Origin: a virus
Lineage: Duplodnaviria > Caudoviricetes
Length of the DNA: 64,000 nucleotides
IMG/VR virus record: IMGVR_UViG_3300032030_000062
Location: 9,039-73,038 of that record
Strand: one strand, 5' to 3'
The position numbers and the translations under genes are program-made. The first letter of the stretch is position 1. The number at the start of each line of letters is the position of its first letter. Shown here piece after piece: positions 1 to 10,100 of this stretch. The notes beneath the pieces are model-generated. The model did no database searches. It saw nothing but the letters and a program-made list of their open reading frames with translations, and was not told where the DNA came from.

Positions 1-248
1 CCTTAATGAATAATGGTCTTATTTCTAAGCTTGAAAATCGTATGTGGTATTTCGGTGAAACAGAACAACAGGCTATGGAAGCCTTATCTAAAATTGATGA
101 AGAAACCAAACAAGCGCAAGTAAATGATTTAATGAGTATGGGTAATATAGATTCGTTTAATAATGCTGGTAACAATTCCGGTAATAAAACTAAGGAAGAT
201 GATGAAGAAGATTCTAAAAAGAATAAAAATTCTGACAATTTCTCATAA
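1..248 (+). CDS. Portal protein, C-terminal fragment (gene begins upstream of window)
   Basis: Frame is open from the window start; MWYFGETEQQA motif and acidic tail typical of A118/SPP1-like portal C-termini; lies directly before the minor capsid gene. Confidence 0.7.
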   Translation, partial: LMNNGLISKLENRMWYFGETEQQAMEALSKIDEETKQAQVNDLMSMGNIDSFNNAGNNSGNKTKEDDEEDSKKNKNSDNFS

Positions 249-262
249 TAGTGGTGATAATA

Positions 263-1477
263 ATGTTAAGTGAAAACACTATTGAAAATCTTGTCAAACC
301 TATGGTTATAAGACAAGAAGCAATTAACACTTATGTTATTTCAAAGATAGCGGAAAGTGTAAGAAAAATAGGTTCTATATCTGCCTCCCAAATCAATCGT
401 ATGAAATTATTGATTGAATACGGGGCAGATATTAGAGAAATGAATACTGAACTTGCAAGACAATCCAATTTGCAAGTTCGGGATATTAAAGCGATGATAA
501 AAAATGTAGCAGTTAAAGTTAATCTTGATGCTAAACCATTGTATGATTATCGCCATAAGTCGTTTATTCCGTATGATAGAAATACTAAACTAAAACAACT
601 TGTTGCAAATGTTGGTAATAGAACCGCAGGCACTTATGAAAATTTATCACATTCTAAAGCAACAGGATTTTTAATTAGGGATTTAAAGAATCCGACAAGT
701 CTAAGATTTCAATCCATTGATGATACATATAAATCTATATTAGATGAAGCTATACAAGCAAGCGCAAGCGGTGTTATAGATTATAAAACAGCCATGCGAA
801 GAACATTAAAACAATTATCTGATAGCGGTATTCGTAGATTAACTTGGGACAGCGGTTATACTCAAAGATTAGATACGGCTGTAAGAAGAAATCTATTGGA
901 AGGTGTTCGTGCAATTAACCAAGCTGTAGAAGATGCAATAGGAGAAGAAATCGGTGCGGATGGAAAAGAATTAAGTGCCCATAGATTTTGTGCGTTAGAT
1001 CATGAACCATTTCAAGGTCATATATTTACCAATGAAGAATATGAAAAATTACAGAGTAATATGGATTTCATAGACATTGATAATAATCATTTTATGGCCG
1101 TTGATCGTATTATAGGTATATGGAACTGTAGACATATTGCGAGAAGTGTTATTATAGGCGTTACTAAACCAACGTATACTAAAGAACAATTAGAACAATT
1201 TATAGCAGATAATCATGAAGGATTTACATTACCGAACGGTAAACATTTAACTATGTATGAATGTACACAGATGCAAAGAAAAATGGAAACCAGAATACGC
1301 TATGCAAAAGACGAACAAATTGTAATGCAAAAAGCTGGTAATTTAGATGCCGCTAAAATGGCAAGACAAAAAGTTATAACTTTAACAGAAGAGTATAAAC
1401 AATTTAGTAAAGCTTGTAATTTACGTGTAGATATGGAAAGGGCATCTGTTATTGGTTACAGATCAATCAAAACTTAA
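263..1477 (+). CDS. Phage minor capsid protein (A118 gp4 / minor capsid 2 type)
   Basis: LDTAVRR, SAH..CA.DH.PFQG and WNCRH motifs; position between portal and scaffold; start moved to ATG 263. Confidence 0.85.
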   Translation: MLSENTIENLVKPMVIRQEAINTYVISKIAESVRKIGSISASQINRMKLLIEYGADIREMNTELARQSNLQVRDIKAMIKNVAVKVNLDAKPLYDYRHKSFIPYDRNTKLKQLVANVGNRTAGTYENLSHSKATGFLIRDLKNPTSLRFQSIDDTYKSILDEAIQASASGVIDYKTAMRRTLKQLSDSGIRRLTWDSGYTQRLDTAVRRNLLEGVRAINQAVEDAIGEEIGADGKELSAHRFCALDHEPFQGHIFTNEEYEKLQSNMDFIDIDNNHFMAVDRIIGIWNCRHIARSVIIGVTKPTYTKEQLEQFIADNHEGFTLPNGKHLTMYECTQMQRKMETRIRYAKDEQIVMQKAGNLDAAKMARQKVITLTEEYKQFSKACNLRVDMERASVIGYRSIKT

Positions 1478-1550
1478 TTAAAGAACTTTTATAAAATACT
1501 TTATTAAAGTCTTTTACTAATTACTTCATTAAAGTGTTTATTAAAAGTTC

Positions 1551-1579
1551 TTTACAAACAATTAAACTTGTTATATAAT
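1551..1579 (+). promoter_or_regulatory. Sigma-A-like promoter upstream of scaffold/capsid operon
   Basis: TTTACA (1551-56), 17-bp spacer, TATAAT (1574-79). Confidence 0.65.
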
Positions 1580-1615
1580 GATTTTTGAAGAAAGGAAATC
1601 TTTCTTTTCATTCGT

Positions 1616-1746
1616 TTCCTCCCTGTGGTGCGTAGCACTTCAAACCAGTGAAGTGTTACGCATTTGAGGAAAAGTCTTGCATAGGACGTTTAAATATATG
1701 CATACATTCAACCACCAAACTGCAAGGCGGATATATAAATTAGCAG
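1616..1746 (+). promoter_or_regulatory. Structured leader of scaffold gene (long stem-loop plus two tandem H-type pseudoknot candidates)
   Basis: TGCGTAGCACTTCA/TGAAGTGTTACGCA stem; GTCT-TGCAT-AGGAC..TTTAAA..ATGCA and CCACC-CTGC-GGCGG..TATAAA..GCAG. Confidence 0.5.
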
Positions 1747-1778
1747 ATATAAATAGAATGTAAAGGAGATATTGTAAC

Positions 1779-2414
1779 ATGACGGTAAAAGAACTTTTTG
1801 ATAAGGCAGAAAACGGTACTCTTACATGGGAACAATTTCAGACAGCGGCTGGAGATGCAAAATTTGTTGATCTGAAAGAAGGCAATTATGTTTCCAAACA
1901 GAAACATGAAAGTGAAGTGGCTTCTTTAAATTCCAGAATCACTGAATTGAATACAACTATTGAAACAAGAGATACTGATTTAGCTACACTCCAACAGAAA
2001 CTAAAAGATGCTGGTGACATAGAAGCACTAAAAACAGCTTCCCAAGAATTAGCAAACCTGCAAACAAAATATGATGCGGAAACAAAGGAATATCAAGCCA
2101 AGTTATCCAAACAGGCATATGAATTTGCAGTAAAAGATTTTGCGAATGGAAAAACCTTTAGTAGCAAAGCCGCAAAAAGGGATTTTATTCAGTCCATGAT
2201 TGCAAAGAATCTTAGCTTAGAAAATGGTAAAATTATCGGTGCTGAGGATTTCGTAGATATTTACTCAAAGGATAATGCAGATGCATTTGTAGTAAAGTCT
2301 GATCCTAAACCTAAATTTAGCACAGGTACTGACGATAATAAGCCAAAGAAACTTTCATTATCTGAAATGATGAAAATGAAAAATGAAAACCCAGATGTTA
2401 AATTTGATATTTAA
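1779..2414 (+). CDS. Head scaffolding protein (GP20-like)
   Basis: Coiled-coil protein with FVDLKEGNYVSK start and SLSEMMKMKNENP end; immediately before major capsid; AAGGAG RBS. Confidence 0.85.
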   Translation: MTVKELFDKAENGTLTWEQFQTAAGDAKFVDLKEGNYVSKQKHESEVASLNSRITELNTTIETRDTDLATLQQKLKDAGDIEALKTASQELANLQTKYDAETKEYQAKLSKQAYEFAVKDFANGKTFSSKAAKRDFIQSMIAKNLSLENGKIIGAEDFVDIYSKDNADAFVVKSDPKPKFSTGTDDNKPKKLSLSEMMKMKNENPDVKFDI

Positions 2415-2430
2415 GTTGTGGAGGTAAACT

Positions 2431-3639
2431 ATGCCGTATTTTGACAGTAAACTTTTTAACGGTGAGGTATTCCAAAGCTATGTTGATAGGGTACCTAATC
2501 TAAAACTTAATGAACTGCTTAAATCCCGTGCTATTGTAAGCAGACAGGATTTAGCAGGTGCTATGGCTGATCAGGTAGGTGGTAACTATATTACTACGCC
2601 GCTGAAAGGTCTTATTAGTGGAACTATTCCGCTTAACTATGACGGTGTTACTAATATTACTGCTCAGACCACGCAGACTTTCAGCCATTCTCGTGTTGTT
2701 GTCGGTCGTGCGCAGGCATGGACAGAGAAAGACTTCTCCTATGATATTACTGGTGGTGTTGATTTCATGGAGAATGTTGCCCAGCAGGTAGCAGAATATT
2801 GGGACGAAATTGATCAGGCTACGATTGTATCTATTCTTACTGGTGTATTCAGTATGAGTGATGCCGAAGGTCAGAGATTCGTTACTGAACATACCCATGA
2901 TATTCGTGCTGTCCAGAATAGCGAAGGTAAAACTGGATTTATGGATGCTACTTCTCTGAATACTGCTATTCAGAAAGCATCTGGCGATCATAAAAATAGA
3001 TTTTCTCTTGCCATTATGCACTCTGTTGTAGCAACCAATCTTGAAAATATGAAGGTACTTGTGTATCTGAAATATAACGATGCAAACGGTATGGAGAGGG
3101 AAACTGGTCTTGCTACTCTTAATGGTAGACTGGTTATCATTGATGATAGTATGCCTGTTCTTGAAGATACTGGTACTGCTACGTTCTCCAAAACTTCTGA
3201 TACATCTGTTCAGGCGGGCAAGACATATTACACTCGTACCGGTTCTTCTGGTAATTATACATACACTGCGGTAGTTAATCCTGTTGATGCTTCTATTGGC
3301 AGTTACTATGAAAAAACTGGTGCTGGTGATCCGCTGTATGTTACTTATCTGTTTGGTGACGGTGCTATTGAGTATACAAACTGCGGTGCTAAAGTTCCGG
3401 CTGAAATGAGTCGTGATCCCAAGACCAACGGTGGTCAGGATACTCTGTATAACAGACAGAGAAAATGTTTCTCCCCGTATGGTATCAGCTTTACTAAAGC
3501 TAACATGGCTACTCTTTCTCCGACAGATGCAGAACTGTCTGATGGCGCCAACTGGGAACTTGTAAACACCGGTGGTACTAATAAGAAGTATATCAATATT
3601 AAAGCTATCCCGATTGCCCGGATTATTTCCAAGGGTTGA
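2431..3639 (+). CDS. Major capsid protein
   Basis: FDSKLFNGEVF start, NYDG, GRAQAWTEKDF, NGGQDTLYNRQR and IPIARIISKG end; position after scaffold. Confidence 0.9.
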   Translation: MPYFDSKLFNGEVFQSYVDRVPNLKLNELLKSRAIVSRQDLAGAMADQVGGNYITTPLKGLISGTIPLNYDGVTNITAQTTQTFSHSRVVVGRAQAWTEKDFSYDITGGVDFMENVAQQVAEYWDEIDQATIVSILTGVFSMSDAEGQRFVTEHTHDIRAVQNSEGKTGFMDATSLNTAIQKASGDHKNRFSLAIMHSVVATNLENMKVLVYLKYNDANGMERETGLATLNGRLVIIDDSMPVLEDTGTATFSKTSDTSVQAGKTYYTRTGSSGNYTYTAVVNPVDASIGSYYEKTGAGDPLYVTYLFGDGAIEYTNCGAKVPAEMSRDPKTNGGQDTLYNRQRKCFSPYGISFTKANMATLSPTDAELSDGANWELVNTGGTNKKYINIKAIPIARIISKG

Positions 3640-3664
3640 TAATTTATGAAAGGTGGTTGCTTCT

Positions 3665-4084
3665 ATGTATCTAACATATGATGAATATATAAATATGGGT
3701 GGTGCAGAAATAGAAGAAACCACCTTTCAACAGTTGGAATTTGAGGCTCGTGCTGTAATAGATTGGTGGACTTTCAATAGATTGAAGAATGAAACCAGCT
3801 TTCCGGAGGCTGTAAAACGATGCATGTTGAAAATTATTCAGCTTATGAAAGCCAAACAAGATGTTATGGTAACGAGTCCAAGAGATTCTAACGGTAATGT
3901 AGTTGCGGGTCTGTCCAGTGAATCTAACGACGGTGTATCTGCGAGTTATAACATACTATCTGCTAAAGATATGATTGATACATCTGATAAAGCAATGGCT
4001 AATTGTATAAGAATGTATCTAACTGGTGTTAAAAATTCATTGGGACATCGTTTATTATATAGAGGATTATATCCAAATGAATAA
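3665..4084 (+). CDS. Head-tail connector/adaptor
   Basis: YLTYDEY..MGG, SESNDGVSASY, LLYRG motifs; synteny. Confidence 0.75.
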   Translation: MYLTYDEYINMGGAEIEETTFQQLEFEARAVIDWWTFNRLKNETSFPEAVKRCMLKIIQLMKAKQDVMVTSPRDSNGNVVAGLSSESNDGVSASYNILSAKDMIDTSDKAMANCIRMYLTGVKNSLGHRLLYRGLYPNE

Positions 4085-4523
4085 CTATTCTTCATGGTGG
4101 AATACTACTGTTACTATATACAATAAATATACAGACCCACAAACACAGCTTGTTAAATGGTATAGATATGTTATCAAAGACTGTTTTTGGAAATACAGTG
4201 GCGATAAAGTAACTATCAATAATGTGGTGCTTGATACAAAAAGCATTATCTGCCGTATTCGTGTTAATGATCAATTCTTGGAAAAGTATCAATGGGTGAA
4301 TATTCCAAATGATGAAATGGGCAATTATTTTACTTTAAGTCAAGGTGATATAATAGTTAAAGGAGAGGTTGACGATGAAATAAACGAATATCAATCTGGT
4401 AAACGATCATCTGATCTGAAGAAAAAATACAAAGCATTACAAGGCTGTATGGAAATACAAGAGTGGTCAAATAACACTGGTGGCGGTAGAGGTAATGAAC
4501 ATTACTATGCAAAAGGTATTTAA
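4077..4523 (+). CDS. Head closure / minor capsid protein (A118 gp9-like)
   Basis: TVTIYNK..WYRYVIKDCFW, GDIIVKG; synteny; ATG overlaps upstream stop. Confidence 0.65.
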   Translation: MNNYSSWWNTTVTIYNKYTDPQTQLVKWYRYVIKDCFWKYSGDKVTINNVVLDTKSIICRIRVNDQFLEKYQWVNIPNDEMGNYFTLSQGDIIVKGEVDDEINEYQSGKRSSDLKKKYKALQGCMEIQEWSNNTGGGRGNEHYYAKGI

Positions 4524-4525
4524 TT

Positions 4526-5011
4526 ATGCCGAAATACACAGGATACATAAAAGTAACGGCACCATTAAAGCCAACTAAATTACAGCAAGAATTGATGGAT
4601 ATAATCGGTTCTGAAAAAGCTATGCGTGGAGTCCATCGATTATTAGGTGAATTTTGTGAACCTTATGTTCCAAAAAAGACAGGCGGATTACGTGCTGCTA
4701 TGAAAGCTTATCCTGGTTCTGTAAAATGGGAAACTCCATATGCTCATTATCAATATACCGGTGTTGTGTATGCACCTAATTATCGCATAGAACGAAATGG
4801 TGAAATAATTGGTTGGTATTCTCCAGCAGGTAAGAAAAAGAGAAAAACTGATAGAGAACTTGGTGTACCCGGTGAATGGAAGGGCTGGAAATTTGGTTAT
4901 TCAGAACCTGGAACAGCACACCATTGGCTTGATAAAGCAATGGAAGGCAGAGGTAAAAATAATTACAGTATTGCTGTAACAAAAATGTTAAAACAGTTGG
5001 CGCATAAATAA
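4526..5011 (+). CDS. Neck / minor capsid protein (A118 gp10-like)
   Basis: PYVPKKTGGL, TPYAHYQY, HHWLDKAM motifs. Confidence 0.75.
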   Translation: MPKYTGYIKVTAPLKPTKLQQELMDIIGSEKAMRGVHRLLGEFCEPYVPKKTGGLRAAMKAYPGSVKWETPYAHYQYTGVVYAPNYRIERNGEIIGWYSPAGKKKRKTDRELGVPGEWKGWKFGYSEPGTAHHWLDKAMEGRGKNNYSIAVTKMLKQLAHK

Positions 5012-5024
5012 ATGGTGTTTAACA

Positions 5025-5504
5025 ATGATTGACAAAAATCAAGCTGTAATTGATTATTTAATACAATGCCCACAAATATTAAATAGTCCGTTATACTTCA
5101 ATTTTATTAACGCAGAAGATGGAACTAATCAATTTCTTACTGTTAGTTCCGATAGATATTCGAGTAAACCTTTTATTGATGGAAGTGTTGAAAGAATTTA
5201 TACTTTTACAATTATTACGTTTAGGTCTGCAACTGATATAGCAGTAGTAAAAATGGAAGGGTACCCAAACGAAAATATGTCAGATATGTCAGATATTCAA
5301 ACGCTTATTGATTGGGTAAAAGAACAAAACGATTTACATAATTATCCGAATTTCGGAGAAGATTGTATTATAGATTCTATCATGCCGACAACAGATAATC
5401 CGAACTTTGATGGAATTGATGAACAAGTATCTCCTCCGTTAGCCGTATATAGTACATCAATAGAGATTCGTTACATAGACAATAGTAAGAAGATATGGAG
5501 GTAA
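5025..5504 (+). CDS. Tail terminator-like protein
   Basis: Size, position before major tail gene, KPFIDGS..RIYTF motif. Confidence 0.6.
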   Translation: MIDKNQAVIDYLIQCPQILNSPLYFNFINAEDGTNQFLTVSSDRYSSKPFIDGSVERIYTFTIITFRSATDIAVVKMEGYPNENMSDMSDIQTLIDWVKEQNDLHNYPNFGEDCIIDSIMPTTDNPNFDGIDEQVSPPLAVYSTSIEIRYIDNSKKIWR

Positions 5505-5508
5505 GATA

Positions 5509-6018
5509 ATGGCAGTTGCTACATTTAATCTTGCACAGGGTCAAAGAGCAGAACGTAAACTCCTCATTACTGTAGCTGAGTGGACTGAGGGTAATGAGCA
5601 GGTTCGTGAAATTCTCGGTACCCGTACTGAAGATTCCAGTATTGAATATAATCCTGATATTGAAACAACTACTGATATTCTGGGTATTAACTATACTGAT
5701 ATGAATAGGACTCAACCGCAACAGGATTTCGATCCATTTCTTATTCTGGGTGGTTCTAAACTTGGTCCTAAGTTAAATGATATTAGAAGTAGGAATGCAC
5801 TTTCTGAATTAGGTCAGTTTACGATTTATATTATCACAGCATTTGTTGGTACTGCCGGTTCTTATGCCGCTGAAAAGCATACTGGTTGCACCATTGCGTA
5901 TAACAGCATCGGTGGAGATTCCAATGTAAACTTCCCGATCTCTGTATATTACAGTAATAATATTACCAACGGTACTGTAGATAAATTAAGCGATGACTTT
6001 GAATTTACACCTGCTTAA
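5509..6018 (+). CDS. Major tail protein
   Basis: LGTRTEDSSIEYNPDIETTTDILG motif; highly biased codon usage; synteny. Confidence 0.8.
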   Translation: MAVATFNLAQGQRAERKLLITVAEWTEGNEQVREILGTRTEDSSIEYNPDIETTTDILGINYTDMNRTQPQQDFDPFLILGGSKLGPKLNDIRSRNALSELGQFTIYIITAFVGTAGSYAAEKHTGCTIAYNSIGGDSNVNFPISVYYSNNITNGTVDKLSDDFEFTPA

Positions 6019-6056
6019 GTGATGACTTCACATTCACACCTGCAACTGGTGAATAA
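5986..6056 (+). repeat. Tandem duplication of the major tail gene 3' end (29-bp offset; second copy in -1 frame)
   Basis: TTAAGCGATGACTTT at 5986 encodes LSDDFEFTPA*; TTAAGTGATGACTTC at 6015 reads LSDDFTFTPATGE*. Confidence 0.8.
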
Positions 6057-6092
6057 TTACACTAACTAATTTTAAACAGGGAGGATTAACTA

Positions 6093-6566
6093 ATGGCTGA
6101 ATTATTTGCAAATAACCAAAATACTAATGATGTAATTGATATTAGCTTAGATTCTTCAAAAAGGAAACGATTCCGTATAGATAAGGATGACAACAGAATT
6201 ATTGAACTTGATACAACGGATTTAAACATTGTTGATAGATTCCAGAAAAAATATAATGAACTTGTAACCCTTATAGAAGAATCATTCCGTGATCTGTCAA
6301 AATCAGAAGATCCTGATTTTGGTAATGTTGGAGAATCTATTGCTAATGTTGATGCCAAGATGAGACAGATAATGGATGAAATATTCAATTCTAATATATC
6401 AGAAATTTGTGCCCCGTATGGTTCTATGTTAGATCCAATCAATGGTAAGTTTAGATTTGAATATATTTTTGAAACTTTAATTCCTCTTTATGAAAATGAT
6501 ATAAACAGTGAATTAAGGAAACTCAATACAAGGGTACAAAAACATACAAGTAAATACATAAAATGA
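6093..6566 (+). CDS. Tail assembly chaperone
   Basis: Position between tail tube and gp15-like genes; GGAGG RBS. Confidence 0.65.
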   Translation: MAELFANNQNTNDVIDISLDSSKRKRFRIDKDDNRIIELDTTDLNIVDRFQKKYNELVTLIEESFRDLSKSEDPDFGNVGESIANVDAKMRQIMDEIFNSNISEICAPYGSMLDPINGKFRFEYIFETLIPLYENDINSELRKLNTRVQKHTSKYIK

Positions 6567-6578
6567 AAGGATGATTAA

Positions 6579-7163
6579 ATGTATGAAATTCCAATTTCTA
6601 TACAATCATCCGATGGAAAAGAATATAAAATAAGAAATCGAGGAGATTATCGTACAATCTTGGATTGCTTTGATGCATTAGACGATGCCGAATTAGAATC
6701 AAGCGAAAGATTGATGGCTAGTCTCCTCATTTTTTATGAGGATTTTAATTGTATAGAAGATTTATATAAAGTGGACAATTTACAAGAGTTAGTAACTGGC
6801 ATGTATAACTTCTTTAATTGCAATCAAAAATCCAGCGGTTCAGAATCAAAATATAAATTGATAGATTGGGAACAGGATTCACAGTTAATATGTTCTGCAA
6901 TCAATAAAGTGGCTGGATTTGAAATAAGAAGTGCAAACTATATTCATTGGTGGACATTTATGGGATATTATACTGCAATCGGTGAATCTCCTATAAATAC
7001 AATAATCGGCATCAGAGATAAAATAATGCGAGGTAAAAAATTAGAGAAATACGAAAATGAGTATAGAAGAAACAATCCTCAATTTTTTACTTGGAATAAT
7101 AAAACTGTTGATCAACAAGAGGCAGAAGCTTATGTTATGAATATATGGAATAGTGGTGGTTAA
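6579..7163 (+). CDS. Gp15-like tail assembly protein
   Basis: IRNRGDYRTIL, DWEQDSQLI.SA, IHWWTF motifs typical of A118 gp15 family. Confidence 0.8.
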   Translation: MYEIPISIQSSDGKEYKIRNRGDYRTILDCFDALDDAELESSERLMASLLIFYEDFNCIEDLYKVDNLQELVTGMYNFFNCNQKSSGSESKYKLIDWEQDSQLICSAINKVAGFEIRSANYIHWWTFMGYYTAIGESPINTIIGIRDKIMRGKKLEKYENEYRRNNPQFFTWNNKTVDQQEAEAYVMNIWNSGG

Positions 7164-7165
7164 TT

Positions 7166-10100
7166 ATGGCAGCTTACGATGATGATATTCAATTAACTGT
7201 CGGACTGGAACCCGGTAATGTCGTTGAAACAGCGGAAAAACTAAATGACGAAGTAGAAAAAATATTTGAAAGTTCATCTGGCAAAGATCTTTCAGCAAAG
7301 TTTAAATCATTATTAGCCAGTATGGATGCAATCAATACAAAATCTCAAAATATACAGGCTCATTTAAAAGATTTGGCAAATCAACCGATATATACCAATG
7401 ATTATAATAAACTATCTGAGGATGTTACTAAATTAGAACATCAATTAAGCAAATTATATGATCGCAGAAAAACTCAAGATGAGGGAAAAATAGGTCATAT
7501 ATTAAATGATCCAGAATTAAGTGCTAAATATGCAGATACTACACGACAAATTGAAGAAGTAACAACAGAATTAAATAAATTATTAGCGACTCAGGAGCAG
7601 ATGGAAAACGATGGTACAGCTTTTGTACCTGCAGAAGATAGAGAAGGTTATCAAGATTATATTGACAAATTAAGTGAATTAAACAATCAGATGATTGTTT
7701 ACAAAGATCGAGTGGATGCACTTAATGATGGTGAAAGTTCAACTTTTTTAGATAGACTCTATGAAGCCGTTAAAAATACCACTCCGTTAATTGATGAATT
7801 AGGTAATACTATTGCAAGAAGTTTTGGTAGCATAATGGAACAAGGTGCTTCTGTAATGGGAAGTACATTTGTTAAAGAAATGCAACTGGGATTTAATGCA
7901 GTTACTACTGGTGCCCAAAAAGTTGCATCATTAGCAGGTTCTGCTTTTGAAGGTTTACGAACAGTTATTTCAAGAGTAAGTTCTGGTATTATAACATTAG
8001 GTAAATCTGCATTTTCCGGTATGGCTAATGGTGCGAGAAAAGCAGTAGAAGCCATAAACAACCTAAGGACAAGTTTATTAAAATTAGCAGGAAATGCAGT
8101 AAAATCAGGATTAGATAGAATAAAAAGTTCGTTAAACGGAATTGGTAAGAGCGCAGGGAAATCTAATAATGGTTTAAATGTAGGATTTAAAACATTTTTA
8201 CGATACGGTCTTGGTATTCGTTCAACTTATGCATTAGTAAATAAATTAAGACGGGCATTAGGAGAAGGATTTGAAAATTTAGCAAAATCCAATTCTGAAT
8301 TTAATGCCGCTATGTCGCAAATAAAAACATCTGTTGAATGGATAAAAAATAGTTTTGCGGCAGCAGTTGCACCTTTAATTGAAGCAGTGGCACCTGTTAT
8401 AGCATCATTGGCAGAAAAGCTTGTAAATCTTATAAGATTAGCAGGTCAGTTTATCGCCGCTATTACGGGTAAACAAGTAATACAGGCAGATGAAGTTTAT
8501 CAAGATTATGCTGAATCACTTGATAAAGGATCAAAATCCACTAAGAAGTTAAACAAAGAATCTAAAGAACTGGAAAAAACTCTTGCAGGATTTGATGACG
8601 TAGAATTGCTTAAGGTTAATAAAGATAAGGAAAAAGAAGAAGATGAGGAGCAAGAAAAAGCACCATCTTATTCATTTGTACCAGGATCTATAGATGCCGG
8701 TATGTCTGATTTAGCCGAAAAAATTAAGAAGTATTTTAAAGATATATGGGATGTAATAAAACAAGCTTGGGCACAAGAGGGTGCTAAACTTATAGAGTCT
8801 ATAAAAAGAGCATTAGGTGCAGTAAAAGATTTATTAGGTGCAATAGCAAAAACTTTTCATGATGTATTCGTGGACGGATATGGCTTTGACTGGTTAGTAA
8901 GTCTTTTTCAATTACTCCAAACTATATTTGATATAATAACTGCGATAGCAACAGAGTTTAAACGGGCGTGGGAAGAGAATGATAGAGGATATAATTTTAT
9001 AGCTTCTATATTTACATTATTAACTCAGATCAATAATCTATTAAAAGATATAGGTCAGTCATTTATCGATGCTTGGAATAGCGGTTCTGGCTATGCTTTA
9101 ATCGCCGCTATACTTGAATTATTTACTGAAATCAATAATATGCTTACGGCAATAGCAGTTGCCCTAAGAATTGCTTGGAATGAAAATAATATAGGTTATA
9201 CGTTAATCAAATCAATACTTGACCTGTTTACTATAATTGCTGATACATTAGCCGATATTGCAGACGCATTTGGACGTGCCTTTGTAAGTGATGCAGGAAT
9301 AACAATGATTTCAAATATTTTGGAATTATTTAATACAATGGTTAATGTATTATATGTAATCACTGCCGCTTTTCAAGGTGCTTGGAATGATAATGATGCT
9401 GGTTTTAAATATATAACAGAACTGTTTTTAGCATTAGGTGAAATAGCAAGTTTACTGGATTCTATAGGTCAATCATTCATCAATGCGTGGAACGATGATG
9501 ATAGAGGTAAAAAATTATTAAGTAATCTCATAGGATTATTTACAGTTTTAAATATCCTCATAGCCACAGCGTCAAGAACATTTAAACGGGCGTGGGAAGA
9601 TAACGGACGTGGCGAGGAACTAATTGGAAACATTCTTGAAGTATTTAATGAAATAATACTGGCGATAAAAAATATAACAAATAATTTTGCAACCGCATTT
9701 AATGAAGAAACAGGCTATAATTTAGTTGCAAGTTTATTAGATATGTTTAACAAGATTAGTGGAACAATTAAAACTATTGCAATTAGATTTAGATTAGCTT
9801 GGAATGAAGATGATGCAGGATTAGACCTTATAACCTCTATACTCAATAAATTTACAGAGATAAATACAACAATAGGTAACATTGCAAATGCATTTAAACG
9901 AGTATGGGAAGATAACGGAACTATTGATGAGGTATTTGCAAATATCTTTGATGCATTGACCGAATGGGAAAAAGCACAAACAAATGTAATCAGCAGTCTT
10001 GGTAAATCGTTTGAAAAAGGCGGTACTGGTGAACAAGCTATATCTACTATAACATCTTTGATTAGCGATATTATTAAAAATATAGGAGATATAGAAAAAG

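Noticed and set aside
6540-6600. Programmed frameshift between tail chaperone genes
   Set aside because: No slippery heptamer at the end of 6093-6566, and the next gene has its own RBS and ATG.
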